Source: an uncultured Rivularia sp.
Lineage (GTDB): Bacteria; Cyanobacteriota; Cyanobacteriia; Cyanobacteriales; Nostocaceae
Assembly: GCA_963665115.1 (NCBI GenBank)
Contig: OY762007.1
Location: forward strand, 3,328,001 to 3,392,000
Length of the DNA stretch: 64,000 nt
Reading direction: 5' to 3'
Shown here: positions 21,113-32,225 of the stretch, piece after piece
Numbering within the stretch: the first letter of the stretch is position 1
Layout: every line of letters begins with the position of its first letter
Position numbers and translations under genes: made by a program
Notes under the pieces: model-generated
The model's input: the letters and a program-made list of their open reading frames with translations, nothing else
What the model was told of the DNA's origin: nothing
Database searches by the model: none

Positions 21113-22471
21113 ATGTCTGACAAGATAGAAAATTTATGGTGTCAAGTATTGGAACGCTTACAGTTAGAACTTTCGCGTCCCACTTTTGAAACTTGGATTA
21201 AAACAGCGATCGCCGAAAAACTAGAAAATAACTGTTTGGTAATTCGCACTCCCAATCCCTTTGCTCGCAATTGGTTACAAAAGTATTACATAAAAACAAT
21301 AGCGTCGGTAGTCCAAGATATTCTTGGTCATCCGGTAGGCATTTATTTTACAGTTACGAACGGCGATAATGTTGTTAACATCAACGACAATGAAGTAGGG
21401 ATTCAAACTCCCCAGATGGATATTCCGAAAAATATCGACATAAACGCACAGAAAAAATCGATTTTAAATCTAAAATATGTATTTTCCCGTTTTGTAGTTG
21501 GTGCAAACAATCGCTTGGCTCATGCTGCGTCTCTAGCAGTAGCGGAATCTCCCGGCAAGGAATTTAACCCTTTATTTTTATATGGCGGTGTGGGATTGGG
21601 GAAAACCCATCTAATGCAGGCTATAGGTAATTATCGCTTAGAAATTTTCCCTTCGGCAAAAATATTTTACGTTTCTACCGAACAGTTCACAAATGATGTA
21701 ATTAGCGCTATTCGTAATGACAGCAGACAAAGCCTTCGAGAACATTACAGGGCTGCTGATGTACTTTTAGTAGATGATATACAGTTTATTGAAGGCAAAG
21801 AATCTACTCAAGAAGAGTTTTTCCACACTTTCAACACTTTATATCAAGCAGGTAAACAAGTAGTTATCGCATCAGATCGCCCTCCGAATCAAATACCTCG
21901 CTTGCAAGAAAGGTTGTCTTCGCGCTTCTCAATGGGATTAATCGCCGATATCCAAGCACCAGATTTAGAAACCAGAATGGCTATTTTGCAAAAAAAAGCC
22001 GAATATGAAAATCTTAATTTACCTAAAGATGTCATAGAATACATTGCTTCTAACTACACTTCTAATATTAGAGAACTAGAGGGGGCATTAATTCGAGCGA
22101 TGGCGTATATTTCCATCTGGGGCTTACCCATGACTGTGGAAAATATCAGTTCAGTTTTAGAACCACAAGTTGAGAAGGTGGAAGCAACTCCAGTAGCGAT
22201 TTTAAGCATAGTTGCCGATACATTCAATCTTTCAATTGAAGACTTGAAAAGCAATTCGCGACGGCGAGAAATTAGCTGGGCAAGACAAATCGGAATGTAT
22301 TTGATGCGGCAATACACGGATTTAAGTTTGCCTAGAATCGGTGAAGAATTTGGTGGCAAAGATCACACTACGGTTATTTACAGTTGTGAAAAAATTACTC
22401 AACTCAAAGAAACCGATATTAACTTGGGACAAACCCTGCGTCAACTTAGCGATCGCATCGGCATGAGTTAA
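21113..22471 (+). CDS. dnaA: chromosomal replication initiator protein
   Basis: [47 protein letters not shown]. Confidence 0.99.
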   Translation: MSDKIENLWCQVLERLQLELSRPTFETWIKTAIAEKLENNCLVIRTPNPFARNWLQKYYIKTIASVVQDILGHPVGIYFTVTNGDNVVNINDNEVGIQTPQMDIPKNIDINAQKKSILNLKYVFSRFVVGANNRLAHAASLAVAESPGKEFNPLFLYGGVGLGKTHLMQAIGNYRLEIFPSAKIFYVSTEQFTNDVISAIRNDSRQSLREHYRAADVLLVDDIQFIEGKESTQEEFFHTFNTLYQAGKQVVIASDRPPNQIPRLQERLSSRFSMGLIADIQAPDLETRMAILQKKAEYENLNLPKDVIEYIASNYTSNIRELEGALIRAMAYISIWGLPMTVENISSVLEPQVEKVEATPVAILSIVADTFNLSIEDLKSNSRRREISWARQIGMYLMRQYTDLSLPRIGEEFGGKDHTTVIYSCEKITQLKETDINLGQTLRQLSDRIGMS

Positions 22472-22539
22472 CGACAGCAGCCCTAAATAAAAATGAATCA
22501 GATCGAAAGGCAACTCAAAAAAAAGCATTTCAACAACCA

Positions 22540-22900
22540 GTTTGCCTAAAAAACTAAGTTTCTTAATTATCAATAATGGTTCAAAAGTAATATAGATGTT
22601 AAGTATTGTATAAAAACTAGTTAACAAGAAGCAATATTGTGGAAAAAATCCAATTAATTGTGGAAAACTTTTAGCAAACCTGTGGAAAAACCTGTAGATC
22701 TCAAATAACCTGTGGAAAAACTCGCTGTTTTTCCACAGGTTTTTCCACAATTAGTCGTTTATACAACCTTCTTTGAGAAAGGATATGGTCAGTTTTCCAC
22801 AATTTTTCCAAATATGGCGATAAAAACAGCGATAATGTTTTTATCGCGGCAAATGTACGATTTAGAACTTAACGCGGCGAATTTCAATAAATAGTCTTTT
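22540..22900. promoter_or_regulatory. replication origin oriC (DnaA-box cluster)
   Basis: TGTGGAAAA at 22638, 22659, 22681, 22711 and TTTTCCACA at 22729, 22741, 22793, between dnaA and dnaN, AT-rich flanks. Confidence 0.93.
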
Positions 22901-23216
22901 TTTTAATGCTGGAGGATAAAAATACGGCAAAATATAATTTAAAGCTTCTAATTCTTTAAAAAAATCAGTTCATTTTTCTAAATTAAAAATGTTTTTACAA
23001 TAAAATTTTAATTGCGATGTATTAAGCTTTGACGCAAAATAACCGATTTATAGCAGCGATAGAGGCGGCAAAAAAGAATATTCTGATTAAATGATTGTTT
23101 AACAATCCTGGCGGAAAGTCCCTAAATAAAGCTTGCGGAGCTTGAGGATGAAAGCTAGAGCAGTATCTTGTTGTTTGATATATTTTTTGAGAAGATCGAG
23201 AGCATCCCCATAAATT

Positions 23217-24389
23217 ATGAAACTAGTTTGCAGCCAAAGCGATTTAAACACTCATCTTTCACTTACTTTCCGTGCTGTTCCTTCGCGCCCAACTCATCCC
23301 ATACTTGCCAACGTGCTTCTACAAGCAGATGCTGCAAATAGTAAAGTGAGTTTAACCGCTTTTGATTTGAGCTTGGGAATTCGCACCAGTTTCAATGCCG
23401 AAGTTCTAGAAGGAGGAACAATAACTCTTCCTGCTAAGCTACTTAATGATATAGTTTCTCGTTTACCGGAAGGAGAAATTACCCTTGATGACGAATTAGC
23501 AGATAAAGAAGATCGTCCTGTAGGAGAAGGTTTAACCGTTACCCTTACCCCAAAAAGCGGACGCTACGAAGTGCGGGCAATGGGTGCAGAAGAATTTCCC
23601 GAGCTACCTGTAACAGAAAACGATAAAGCAATTCATCTTCCTGCGAGTGCATTAATTGAAGGCTTGGGTGGTTCTTTATTTGCCACCAGTGCAGATGAAA
23701 GCAAGCAAGTGCTGACGGGAGTACATTTAACAGTTAAACAAGATAGTTTGGAATTTGCGGCCACTGACGGACATCGTTTAGCAGTAGTAGAAACTATAAA
23801 TGAAAATCTAAATGATGATGAGGAACAGCCAGATAATGTGCAGGTAACGCTACCAAACAAAGCTTTACGAGAATTAGAAAGGATGTTAGCTCATAGTTCA
23901 AAAGAAGATGAGCCTGTAGCAATGTATTTCGATAGTGGGCAAGTCGTTTTTGAATGGCAAAATCAGCGCTTAACCAGCAGAACTTTAGAAGGGCAATATC
24001 CAGCTTACCGCCAGCTTATACCATCGAGCTTTGAACGAGAATTAATCTTAGATAGAAAACAATTGATCGGCGCTTTAGAAAGAATTGCAGTATTAGCCGA
24101 TCAAAAAAACAATATAGCCAAAGTTAGCATCGATAGCGAATCTCAAGAAATCACTTTGTCAGTAGAAACTCAAGAAATTGGTAGTGGAAGGGAATCCATG
24201 CCAGCACAAATAAAAGGAGATGATATTGATATCGCTTTCAACATTAAATACCTGATGGAAGGTTTAAAAGCATTACCATCAGCAGAAATTCAAATGCAGT
24301 TAAACAACAATTTAGCCCCCGTGATCTTTTCCCCCGTCGGAGGAATTAAAATGACTTATTTAGCAATGCCAGTACAGTTGAGAAGTTAG
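23217..24389 (+). CDS. dnaN: DNA polymerase III beta clamp
   Basis: RPTHPILANVLL, AATDGHRL, LEGQYP, YLAMPVQ. Confidence 0.99.
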   Translation: MKLVCSQSDLNTHLSLTFRAVPSRPTHPILANVLLQADAANSKVSLTAFDLSLGIRTSFNAEVLEGGTITLPAKLLNDIVSRLPEGEITLDDELADKEDRPVGEGLTVTLTPKSGRYEVRAMGAEEFPELPVTENDKAIHLPASALIEGLGGSLFATSADESKQVLTGVHLTVKQDSLEFAATDGHRLAVVETINENLNDDEEQPDNVQVTLPNKALRELERMLAHSSKEDEPVAMYFDSGQVVFEWQNQRLTSRTLEGQYPAYRQLIPSSFERELILDRKQLIGALERIAVLADQKNNIAKVSIDSESQEITLSVETQEIGSGRESMPAQIKGDDIDIAFNIKYLMEGLKALPSAEIQMQLNNNLAPVIFSPVGGIKMTYLAMPVQLRS

Positions 24390-24401
24390 GGGATAGTTGA
24401 G

Positions 24402-24495
24402 AGTAGCAAGTAGCAAGTAGCAAGTAGTAAGTAGCAAGTAGTAAGTAGCAAGTAGCAAGTAGCAAGTAGTAAGTAGCAAGTAGTAAGTAGTAAGT
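24402..24495. repeat. heptamer tandem repeat (AGTAGCA/AGTAGTA) ~13 units
   Basis: Directly visible; reverse-complement units at ~24561-24595. Confidence 0.9.
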
Positions 24496-24613
24496 GACGA
24501 TTGAATGAAGAGAATTATTTTTGAAGTGATTTAAGCATCTCACCTCAAATCTACTTTTTAACTTGCTACTCGCTACTTTTTACTTGCTACTTGCTCCCCA
24601 TCTCCCTCTCTAC

Positions 24614-27600
24614 CTATTTGTGCTTAATTGGAATTTCAATCGACAACTCGGTACCTTTTCCGGGTAAAGATTTACAATTGAAAACGCCATCATGTTTCTC
24701 AACTATTATCTGATAGCTAATTGATAATCCTAAACCAGTACCTTTACCTACTGGTTTAGTTGTAAAAAATGGGTCAAACATTCTTTTCATAACTTCTTCA
24801 GTCATTCCTAACCCGTTGTCGGCGATACGGATCGCAACTCGATTGTTATCTTCGCTAATGTGAGTGCAAATTCTAATTTTAGGAGTTAGAGATTGATTCT
24901 TGTCGGTTTCTAATTCCCAAAAAGCGCTCTTAACTCCTTCTTCTAATGCATCAATTGCATTGCTCAAAACATTCATTAATACTTGATTTAACTGTCCTGC
25001 ATAACAACCTACTTCGGGTAAATTACCGTATTCTTTAATTACTTCAATAGCAGGACTATCTGATTTTGCTTTCAAACGGTATTGCAGAATTAATAGTGTA
25101 CTATCAATACCTTCGTGAATATTAACAATTTTTAAATCTGCTTCATCAAGTCGGGAAAAATTACGTAACGATAAAACAATTTCACGAATCCGTGAAGCTC
25201 CTATTTTTATGGAAGACAGCATCTTCGGTAAATCATCAACCAAAAATTCTAAATCAATTTCTTCTGCTCGCTCGCTGATTTCGCAATTATCTGAACTATA
25301 AGTTTGTTGATAAAGTTCTACAATACCCAGTAAATCTTCTGAATATTGATGAACATGATTGATATTGCCATAAATAAAGTTAACCGGGTTGTTAATTTCG
25401 TGTGCTATCCCCGCCACCAATTGTCCTAAAGAGGACATTTTTTCGCTTTGAATTAATTGGGTTTGAGCTTTTCTTAAATTATTAAGTGTTTGTGCTATTT
25501 GCTCGGTTTGCAATCTGCTTTGAGCGAGCAAATCAGCTTGTTCTAACGCTACCGAAAGCTGGATTGCTACCTGAGTTACAAATTGAATTTCTGAATTTTT
25601 CCAATTCCGGGATTCTGCACATTGATGAATGCATAATAAACCCCAAAGCTCATCACCTTTCATTACAGGTGTAATTATTTGTGCCTTAACTTGAAAAGGT
25701 TCTAATATTTGAATATGACACTCACTTAAACCACCGTTATAAATATCATCTACTGTATTTACTCGTCCTTGACGGTATTTGTGAGCATAATTTTCTCCAA
25801 AGCAGCGATCGTGAATTCTAGCTGCTAAAGCAGAAGGAAAACCAGGTAATACATCCTCTGCAATGAATTCACCATCATTAAATTCTGAATTGGGAATAAA
25901 GCGATATACACTTACTCTGTCAGCATTCAAAATACGACGAAGTTCTTTAGTTGTAATTTGAAAAATAGTATCCAAATCTAAAGATTCCCGCATCTTCGTA
26001 ACAAGTTCAAATAATAACCGTTGTTGCTTAGTTGCTTGTTCTAAACTATTTGCTTGCTGTTTTGTTTGAGCAAGTAATTCTGCTTGCTGGAGTGCTACAC
26101 CAAATTGAGTTGCAGTTTGACACAAGAATTTGACCTCTAATGCTTTCCAGTGACGTGGTGCAGAGTTTTGATAAGCAGCAAGTAAACCCCAAAGTTTTTC
26201 GCCCCTGAAAATTGGCGCGACAGCATATGCTTTTGCTTGAAATTGCTCTAAAAGTTCTATATGACAATCTGCATAACCTGCTTGATAAATATCATCTACT
26301 GCAATACTTTGATTAAAGCGACATCGCCCACCTTGAGTTTCTTGTAAATAAGAATCTTCCCAAACTTTGTTAAGATCCGAATCTACTAACTTCATCCAGC
26401 CTTCATTAACAAATTCCGCAATAAACTCACCATTCCAATCAGAATTAAAACGATATACCGCAACTCTATCGGCTTGCAACGATTGACATACTTGTTGAGT
26501 TGTAGTTTGAAAAATAACGTCTAAATCCAGAGATTCGCGAATTTTAGTAACTACTTCAAACAAGATTTTTCGTTGCTTGGCTGCTTGTTGCAATTCATCT
26601 GTACGCTGTTTTACTTTAGTTTCTAAATTATGATTGAAGCCTTGTAATTGTTGGTATAAGTCGTATTGATGAATAGCGGTGGCAAATTGTTTACCCAACT
26701 TTTCGGCTAATTCTATCTCTTTTTGACTCCAATCACGAGCTTGCGCGGTTTTAGATTCTCGCCATACTTCAAATGATTCTCGTGGATAATTTTGCCTTTC
26801 ATCTGAATCAAACTTTCCAGCCCAAAGGGTTTCTGTATCTATTTCTTCGCGAAAAATGCTTAAGTAACCGAGCAATTGCTGATGATATTCGAGGGGAATC
26901 ATCAAGATACTGCGAATTTTAGTTGCATCAAAAGCAGTTTTTAGATTTCGTAAGCCAGGAATTTGATGAATATCGGAAATTGCCCAAACACTATAATTAT
27001 CAGACTTATAATATTCTTGCCAAATACTATGCTGCTCCATTAAGGAATATTCTGCTAAATCCGGCATTACTGGTTGCTTACCGTCGGTATAGACTTTTAT
27101 TAATTCACCACCAGTTTCTAAGCACTCCGTATAACTTCGATCTGCTTGATTTCTAATACAAATTCTACCTCCGCAACCTTCAAAAGCAGCAACAGTTTTT
27201 TCTAAAGCGGATCGCAATGGGATATCTTTGATGGAATGTAGCAAGGTTGCAATACTACTAACTATTGCTTCTCGTTTAGCTTTTTCGCGGGCTTGAGTCA
27301 GAAGAATGTTTTGGGCAATGGCTAACGATAGTTGATCCACAACTATTTGCACTACTTTTAATTGTTGTTCCGAAACCGAGTACGATTCAGAATGGTGAGC
27401 TACTAATAACCCCCAAAGTTGCTCGTGGTGAAAAATCGGTGTAACTAAAGAAGACTTTACCCCCATTGCCGTAAGATATTCTATATGGCATGGGTCAACA
27501 CTGCGGTAAGAAATATCTTCTGAAACCATTTCTCCGGTTTCCGTCTCATATACCGGACTTTTACCAATTTCTCCCGCTTCTACATTAACAACGGAACGCA

Positions 27601-27901
27601 CCCGCGATTTAACAAACATTTCCCTAGCATGAGCGGGAATATCATCTGCGGGAAAGTTCAGTCCCAACAAAGACGGTAATCTAAGATTATTAATTGACTC
27701 AGCAACAACTTTACCGCTACGATCGGGATGAAACTGATAAATCATGACCCGATCCGTAGCAAGAAAAAATCTTACTTCTGTTACTATTCTTGTAAAGGTT
27801 TCTTTTAATTCAATTGAATGACGAATACAGTTTGTAATCCGGCATAACAAATCATCCTGCTCGATATTGTTCGGGAAATGTTTTTCCTGAGATAAAGTCA
27901 T
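24614..27901 (-). CDS. multi-GAF photosensory histidine kinase (knotless phytochrome module + two cyanobacteriochrome GAFs)
   Basis: FPADDIP...VDPCHIEYL (GAF1); [11 protein letters not shown] (PHY-like); [13 protein letters not shown]...DCHIELL; DRCF...ECHIQIL; kinase AHEINNP, IADNGLG, PFFTTK, GTGLGL. Confidence 0.92.
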   Translation of the reverse strand: MTLSQEKHFPNNIEQDDLLCRITNCIRHSIELKETFTRIVTEVRFFLATDRVMIYQFHPDRSGKVVAESINNLRLPSLLGLNFPADDIPAHAREMFVKSRVRSVVNVEAGEIGKSPVYETETGEMVSEDISYRSVDPCHIEYLTAMGVKSSLVTPIFHHEQLWGLLVAHHSESYSVSEQQLKVVQIVVDQLSLAIAQNILLTQAREKAKREAIVSSIATLLHSIKDIPLRSALEKTVAAFEGCGGRICIRNQADRSYTECLETGGELIKVYTDGKQPVMPDLAEYSLMEQHSIWQEYYKSDNYSVWAISDIHQIPGLRNLKTAFDATKIRSILMIPLEYHQQLLGYLSIFREEIDTETLWAGKFDSDERQNYPRESFEVWRESKTAQARDWSQKEIELAEKLGKQFATAIHQYDLYQQLQGFNHNLETKVKQRTDELQQAAKQRKILFEVVTKIRESLDLDVIFQTTTQQVCQSLQADRVAVYRFNSDWNGEFIAEFVNEGWMKLVDSDLNKVWEDSYLQETQGGRCRFNQSIAVDDIYQAGYADCHIELLEQFQAKAYAVAPIFRGEKLWGLLAAYQNSAPRHWKALEVKFLCQTATQFGVALQQAELLAQTKQQANSLEQATKQQRLLFELVTKMRESLDLDTIFQITTKELRRILNADRVSVYRFIPNSEFNDGEFIAEDVLPGFPSALAARIHDRCFGENYAHKYRQGRVNTVDDIYNGGLSECHIQILEPFQVKAQIITPVMKGDELWGLLCIHQCAESRNWKNSEIQFVTQVAIQLSVALEQADLLAQSRLQTEQIAQTLNNLRKAQTQLIQSEKMSSLGQLVAGIAHEINNPVNFIYGNINHVHQYSEDLLGIVELYQQTYSSDNCEISERAEEIDLEFLVDDLPKMLSSIKIGASRIREIVLSLRNFSRLDEADLKIVNIHEGIDSTLLILQYRLKAKSDSPAIEVIKEYGNLPEVGCYAGQLNQVLMNVLSNAIDALEEGVKSAFWELETDKNQSLTPKIRICTHISEDNNRVAIRIADNGLGMTEEVMKRMFDPFFTTKPVGKGTGLGLSISYQIIVEKHDGVFNCKSLPGKGTELSIEIPIKHK

Positions 27902-28087
27902 TTTTTATAAAAAGGAACAGCAATTTTTGGATTAATTCTAAAAATATTGTGAAATATTATTACTTAGAATGTCTTCAGTGAGAATACTGCCTTACTTCTT
28001 AAAAAAACTTCATTTTTAGATAAAAAAATAATTTTTTATCATCCAATTATTAGCATATTTAGAGAGAGATATATATAAAAAAATAAA

Positions 28088-28113
28088 TAAATAAAGGTGG
28101 GATAATACCCACC
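28088..28113 (-). terminator. putative intrinsic terminator of ArsA-family gene
   Basis: GGTGGG/CCCACC stem followed by U-rich tract on minus strand. Confidence 0.55.
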
Positions 28114-28127
28114 CGAACAAATCCTAA

Positions 28128-29315
28128 TTAAGCCTTTACAACTTCAGAAAAACGAATTTTTAAGTAATCATCCTCCATCTTGGCTCCCGATGGTTGTAGT
28201 GCTGCTAAAGCTTGCGGAAGTACCAAATTACGGCGATGGTTGCCGATAGTAATATTTAATTCGTCGCCACTTTTACTTAGATTTACTTTGTCTTTGGGAA
28301 TGCCGGGTAAATATAATTCCAAGCTGTATTGATTTTGATCCTGAACAACTCTAATTGTATTTTCTTTATAATACACTTGAGTTGGATCTTCGTCTTTATA
28401 AAGTGTGTCTTTGAGTCTTTCTAAAGCTTCCAAACCACACATTTCTTCGGAATAAAGCGGAACTTCCTTCACGGGTAAAGGATGAAAATTATCGTGTAGT
28501 TCTTGACGGTATTGTTCTTGATTTTCTTTCCATCTTTTGAAAAATGGGTCCTGTACTTCTTGAGGAATAATTCGATTTGCGATTACTAAATCCGTAGCTA
28601 CGTTGTACAAACTTAAATAAGCATGGGCACGAAGGGATTCTTTAATCACCATCTTCTCTGGGTTTGCAATTAGACGAACCGAAGTTTGAGTATTGTCAGT
28701 TAAAACTTTTTCTAACGCTTCAATTTGCTCGTAAAACTCGAAAGGTGCATCCATCACCTCTCTATCCGGTAACGAAAAACCAGCAATAGGTCTAAAAATC
28801 GGCTCTACCAAAGGACGCAAGGCTACCGAAATATTTTGAAAAGGCTTGTAAAAACGGCGCATATACCAACCGCCAACTTCTGGCAAACTCAATAACCGCA
28901 AAGCCGTACCAGTAGGGGCAGAATCAATAATTAAAACATCATATTCGCCGTCATCATAATGACGTTTCATTCTTACCAAGCCGAAAATTTCATCCATTCC
29001 CGGTAAAATCGCCAATTCTTCAGCTTGGATTCCCTCCAATCCCCTAGCCTGCAAAACTTGAGTAATATAGCGCTTTACAGCACCCCAGTTTCCTTCAAGT
29101 TCCAACAGCGCATCCAATTCCGCGCCCCACAAATTTGGTCGAACTTCTTGCGCTTCGTGTCCGAGTTCCATATCAAAACTATCGGCCAGAGAATGGGCTG
29201 GATCTGTACTTAAAACCAGCGTGCGATAACCCAATTCAGCACAACGCAGTCCAGTAGCGGCAGCAACCGAAGTTTTACCCACACCGCCTTTACCTGTCAT
29301 TAAAATTACGCGCAT
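28128..29315 (-). CDS. ArsA/GET3-family ATPase with C-terminal HSP20-like domain
   Basis: [24 protein letters not shown]-terminal [16 protein letters not shown]. Confidence 0.93.
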   Translation of the reverse strand: MRVILMTGKGGVGKTSVAAATGLRCAELGYRTLVLSTDPAHSLADSFDMELGHEAQEVRPNLWGAELDALLELEGNWGAVKRYITQVLQARGLEGIQAEELAILPGMDEIFGLVRMKRHYDDGEYDVLIIDSAPTGTALRLLSLPEVGGWYMRRFYKPFQNISVALRPLVEPIFRPIAGFSLPDREVMDAPFEFYEQIEALEKVLTDNTQTSVRLIANPEKMVIKESLRAHAYLSLYNVATDLVIANRIIPQEVQDPFFKRWKENQEQYRQELHDNFHPLPVKEVPLYSEEMCGLEALERLKDTLYKDEDPTQVYYKENTIRVVQDQNQYSLELYLPGIPKDKVNLSKSGDELNITIGNHRRNLVLPQALAALQPSGAKMEDDYLKIRFSEVVKA

Positions 29316-29341
29316 GAATAATTTTTATTTCCTGAGAAGCT

Positions 29342-29359
29342 TTTACATTTATTTACATA
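29342..29359. promoter_or_regulatory. putative HLR1 (RpaB-binding) element
   Basis: TTTACATT-TA-TTTACATA matches (G/T)TTACA(T/A)(T/A)-N2-(G/T)TTACA(T/A)(T/A); 26 bp upstream of the ArsA-family start. Confidence 0.55.
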
Positions 29360-29369
29360 CATAAATACA

Positions 29370-29759
29370 TTATGTACTTTTTGAGAAGGAGAAATGCTGT
29401 TTGAGTACGTCCAATTTGGAACATTTCCAATAATCGATATGAGAAGTTATTAAACCATCAGAACTTACGCTCAAAGTACTCCATCCAGGGATAGAAATTC
29501 GCGGCTTCCAAGGTAGAGGTGTATTCCAATTAAGCGTCCATTCGGTTTTAATAGTATCGTCTTCCTTACGGATATCATGTACATCCATCTGCGGATTCAT
29601 GAAAAAAGTTTCAATAAACTTGATCATTAACTTATAGCGTCCAACCCCATTAAACTCATTCATGGGGTCTTTAAAATAAACATCTTCCGCATAAATACTA
29701 TAAGTTTGATTTGCAGGAAAACGTTGATAATCTTCCTTTAAAATTTCTAGAACATTCAT
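29370..29759 (-). CDS. DUF2358/SnoaL-like (NTF2-fold) protein
   Basis: IYAEDVYFKDP, PLPWKPRI, HIDYW. Confidence 0.8.
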   Translation of the reverse strand: MNVLEILKEDYQRFPANQTYSIYAEDVYFKDPMNEFNGVGRYKLMIKFIETFFMNPQMDVHDIRKEDDTIKTEWTLNWNTPLPWKPRISIPGWSTLSVSSDGLITSHIDYWKCSKLDVLKQHFSFSKST

Positions 29760-29838
29760 AATCAGTTATCAATTATCAGTTACCAGTTACTGCTCTTTGA
29801 AAAGTACAGGAATTTATTCATTGTTCATTAATAATTGT

Positions 29839-30402
29839 TCACTGTTCGTTCCACAATCTTTCTAATTGTCCTCGCCAAGCGGTTAAAACTCGTTCTCGCG
29901 ATTCAGGGCTTTGATCCATTTCACCCATTAAACCTTCAGCATAAAAACGCTCAAGATTTTGCATTGTCTCTTCTAAAGATTTTCCTTGCTGCTTAGAAAC
30001 TTGAACAATTTCCTTAATCTTAGTTTCAGTTAAGCGGCTAAAAGCATCATTCACACCCACTTCGTATATAGAAATTAATCTGGCGATCGCATCGCGAAAA
30101 TCTTCCACAACCAAACTAGCGCTACTATGTTGAAATACTCCCCACAGAACATCTTGATGTAATGCGTAGCGTACTTGCTGAGTATCATCAAAATTGGCTT
30201 CAAAAAACTGCTGTAAAAACGGTTGTGCTTGCTGCGCTGGCATAATAGGCAACAAAACTCTCAACCAATTTTGGTCTTCGCTAAGTAGTGTTAGTAGTCG
30301 AAAAGTAGGTGTTTCAACTTGCCAAGAACCAGGTGCAAGGACTTTTACCGCAGATGTACCAAATAATTCCGCAAGAGTATCGGCAATTTCGTTATGTGTC
30401 AT
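29839..30402 (-). CDS. conserved hypothetical protein (CesT/YbjN chaperone-like N-terminus)
   Basis: EANFDDTQQVRYAL; C-terminal LERFYAEGLMG; family recalled, not searched. Confidence 0.55.
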   Translation of the reverse strand: MTHNEIADTLAELFGTSAVKVLAPGSWQVETPTFRLLTLLSEDQNWLRVLLPIMPAQQAQPFLQQFFEANFDDTQQVRYALHQDVLWGVFQHSSASLVVEDFRDAIARLISIYEVGVNDAFSRLTETKIKEIVQVSKQQGKSLEETMQNLERFYAEGLMGEMDQSPESRERVLTAWRGQLERLWNEQ

Positions 30403-30583
30403 ATTAAGGCATTTGAGCTATTACTTCAGCCTAACGCTTGGGTGTATCAGACTTTATCTTCCCAAAGACTTATGCCGTGTATTGAAAATGGAGAATTGGG
30501 CATAGGGAATAGTTAGGAGTGAGTAGTGAGTAGTGAGTAGTTAGTAGTGAGTAGTTAGTAGTAAGTGGTGAGTGGTGAGTAGT

Positions 30584-30737
30584 TAAGCTGATGTGCAGCT
30601 AAATTATATAATGCGTTAGCGCAGCGTGTCCGAAGGACATAAAAGTGAAAGTATTGTAGTGCTGCCTTCGCAGCGTGTCCGCCAGGACAAGCATCTTGCA
30701 CGAAGGGTATTATACAAATTAAGTGCGTAACAGCTTA
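30584..30737. mobile_element. MITE-like element inside a heptamer array, with nested short repeats
   Basis: Ends TAAGCTGATGTGCAGCTAAATTATATAAT / ATTATACAAATTAAGTGCGTAACAGCTTA are imperfect inverted repeats; GTAGTGA-type heptamers on both sides. Confidence 0.7.
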
Positions 30738-30900
30738 GGAGTGAGTAGTAAGTAGTGAGTAGTAAGTAGTGAGTTAAATACTTCTCTTAGATTATTGTCA
30801 GAGGGCTGCTCAACTATTTCTTACTCTTTACTCGCTACTCTTTACTCACTACTTTAAGAATCTCCCAATGCCCCATGCCCCATGCCCAATTCCCTATTTT

Positions 30901-31902
30901 TTATTTTTTATAAATTAAAAATACCGAACCAATCGCTCCGAAATTTTCAACATAAGTTTTATTATCGTAAAATAATCCAGGAGATTCGCCTCCATCAAAT
31001 AATATTCCTTCTTGAATTTTTCCTAAGCAGTTATTCCGAGCAATACCTTCTAAAACATCATCAAACATATCTGGTAAAAGCTCTCGATTAACTTCGGTTG
31101 TTTGAATATCGGAATTCGCTCTATTGTCATTTACTAATAAAATCGCATAACCTTTAGTTGTAGTCGCAGCCATCGAACGATTTATGGCTCTTTTACAAGC
31201 AAACTCTCCTAAAGCTTCACAAATATCTTTGAATTCGCCGTTACGATAAAATCTACCGTTACCTCCGACTATGTTGTAATTAAGAATATCGCGATTTCTT
31301 CTACCTACCCCAATAGTCGCTTGACGCTGAGAAGGTTCACCTCCGGATACCCCGAAAGAAGAACGCTTATTTCTAAAATCTCCCGAATAGCTAATTCCCC
31401 GTGAAATATTTAAACCTTGGGGTTTATCATCTACATCAATATAATCCGCATTAATTGCGGCTATCGGTTTTTTTCCATTCAATAAAGAGTTGTCATCGCT
31501 GATTATTTCGCGAAATAGTTTAGGAACATATTCTTTACGCAATTTTCCGCTTTCATTTTTAGCGTAAATTTTATGATCTAAACCTACATTTACCTTAAAA
31601 TCTAGCTCCTTTGATTTAGGATTAAAAATAATTACATGATTAATCCCTCGATCAAATTTTTCACCTAAATTATTGGTTTTGAAAAATTTAATACTGAAAT
31701 TATTGTTTTCCCCGAGACAATTAGCTGAAGATTTTTTGACTATTTTATCTACTATATTCTTTTCTGATATATTTTCTTCTTGGGTAACTATTGATGGCTT
31801 CTGGGCTAAGTCTGACGAATTATCGTTACTTTGCCTATAAGAACGAAAAAAAAAGACCCCGGCAGCTATTAATATTAACCAAAAAAAATTTTTTTTGAAC
31901 AT
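30901..31902 (-). CDS. phosphodiester glycosidase (NAGPA-like) domain protein, N-terminally anchored
   Basis: AAINADY, PQGLNIS, RSMAA, ILFDGGES; N-terminal hydrophobic helix. Confidence 0.65.
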   Translation of the reverse strand: MFKKNFFWLILIAAGVFFFRSYRQSNDNSSDLAQKPSIVTQEENISEKNIVDKIVKKSSANCLGENNNFSIKFFKTNNLGEKFDRGINHVIIFNPKSKELDFKVNVGLDHKIYAKNESGKLRKEYVPKLFREIISDDNSLLNGKKPIAAINADYIDVDDKPQGLNISRGISYSGDFRNKRSSFGVSGGEPSQRQATIGVGRRNRDILNYNIVGGNGRFYRNGEFKDICEALGEFACKRAINRSMAATTTKGYAILLVNDNRANSDIQTTEVNRELLPDMFDDVLEGIARNNCLGKIQEGILFDGGESPGLFYDNKTYVENFGAIGSVFLIYKK

Positions 31903-31929
31903 AATCTTACAATTAACGAATAAAATATT

Positions 31930-32055
31930 ATTTGCACCCTAACAGGTGAACGGGTATCTCCTATGTTCTTACCGAAGGAAACACCTTGCAATAATAACTT
32001 CTCTTCTCACCTTACCGAGGAAAGCAATGTCTCTCAGGAAGAGTTTTCGATTCAG
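31930..32055 (-). ncRNA. candidate small RNA / structured leader
   Basis: GC-richer intergenic block with TTCC(T)TCGGTAAG twice on minus strand and a GTGTTTCCT/AGGAGATAC stem; lies downstream of a strong terminator. Confidence 0.3.
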
Positions 32056-32134
32056 TAGCCTTAACTACCATCGATTGAAACTTTATCTAAGATAACTATT
32101 TATTGTTCTTAATCGCTGCATTTTATCTAACATT

Positions 32135-32177
32135 AAAAAAAAACTCCCCACATAAATAATCATGTGGGGAGTTTTTT
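32135..32177. terminator. intrinsic terminator (bidirectional type) after DUF4912 gene
   Basis: A-tract, CTCCCCACAT / ATGTGGGGAG stem, T-tract. Confidence 0.85.
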
Positions 32178-32225
32178 GATATTAATTTGAACTCAATCTA
32201 AAATTCTATTTCCAGAATCTTAAAT

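Noticed and set aside
22322..22894. ORFs across the dnaA-dnaN gap
   Set aside because: Arise from DnaA-box repeats (LWKN/FPQ); region is oriC.
24346..24543. 65-aa ORF (YYLLLAT repeats)
   Set aside because: Translation of the heptamer array, overlapping the dnaN end.
28128..29315. Arsenic resistance operon
   Set aside because: Single-domain ArsA/GET3-like ATPase with HSP20-like tail; no arsB, arsC or arsR adjacent.
31965..32045. Glycine riboswitch (CCGAAGGA...CTCTCAGG on plus strand)
   Set aside because: Antisense to both flanking genes, lacks the rest of the aptamer, and no glycine-related gene follows.
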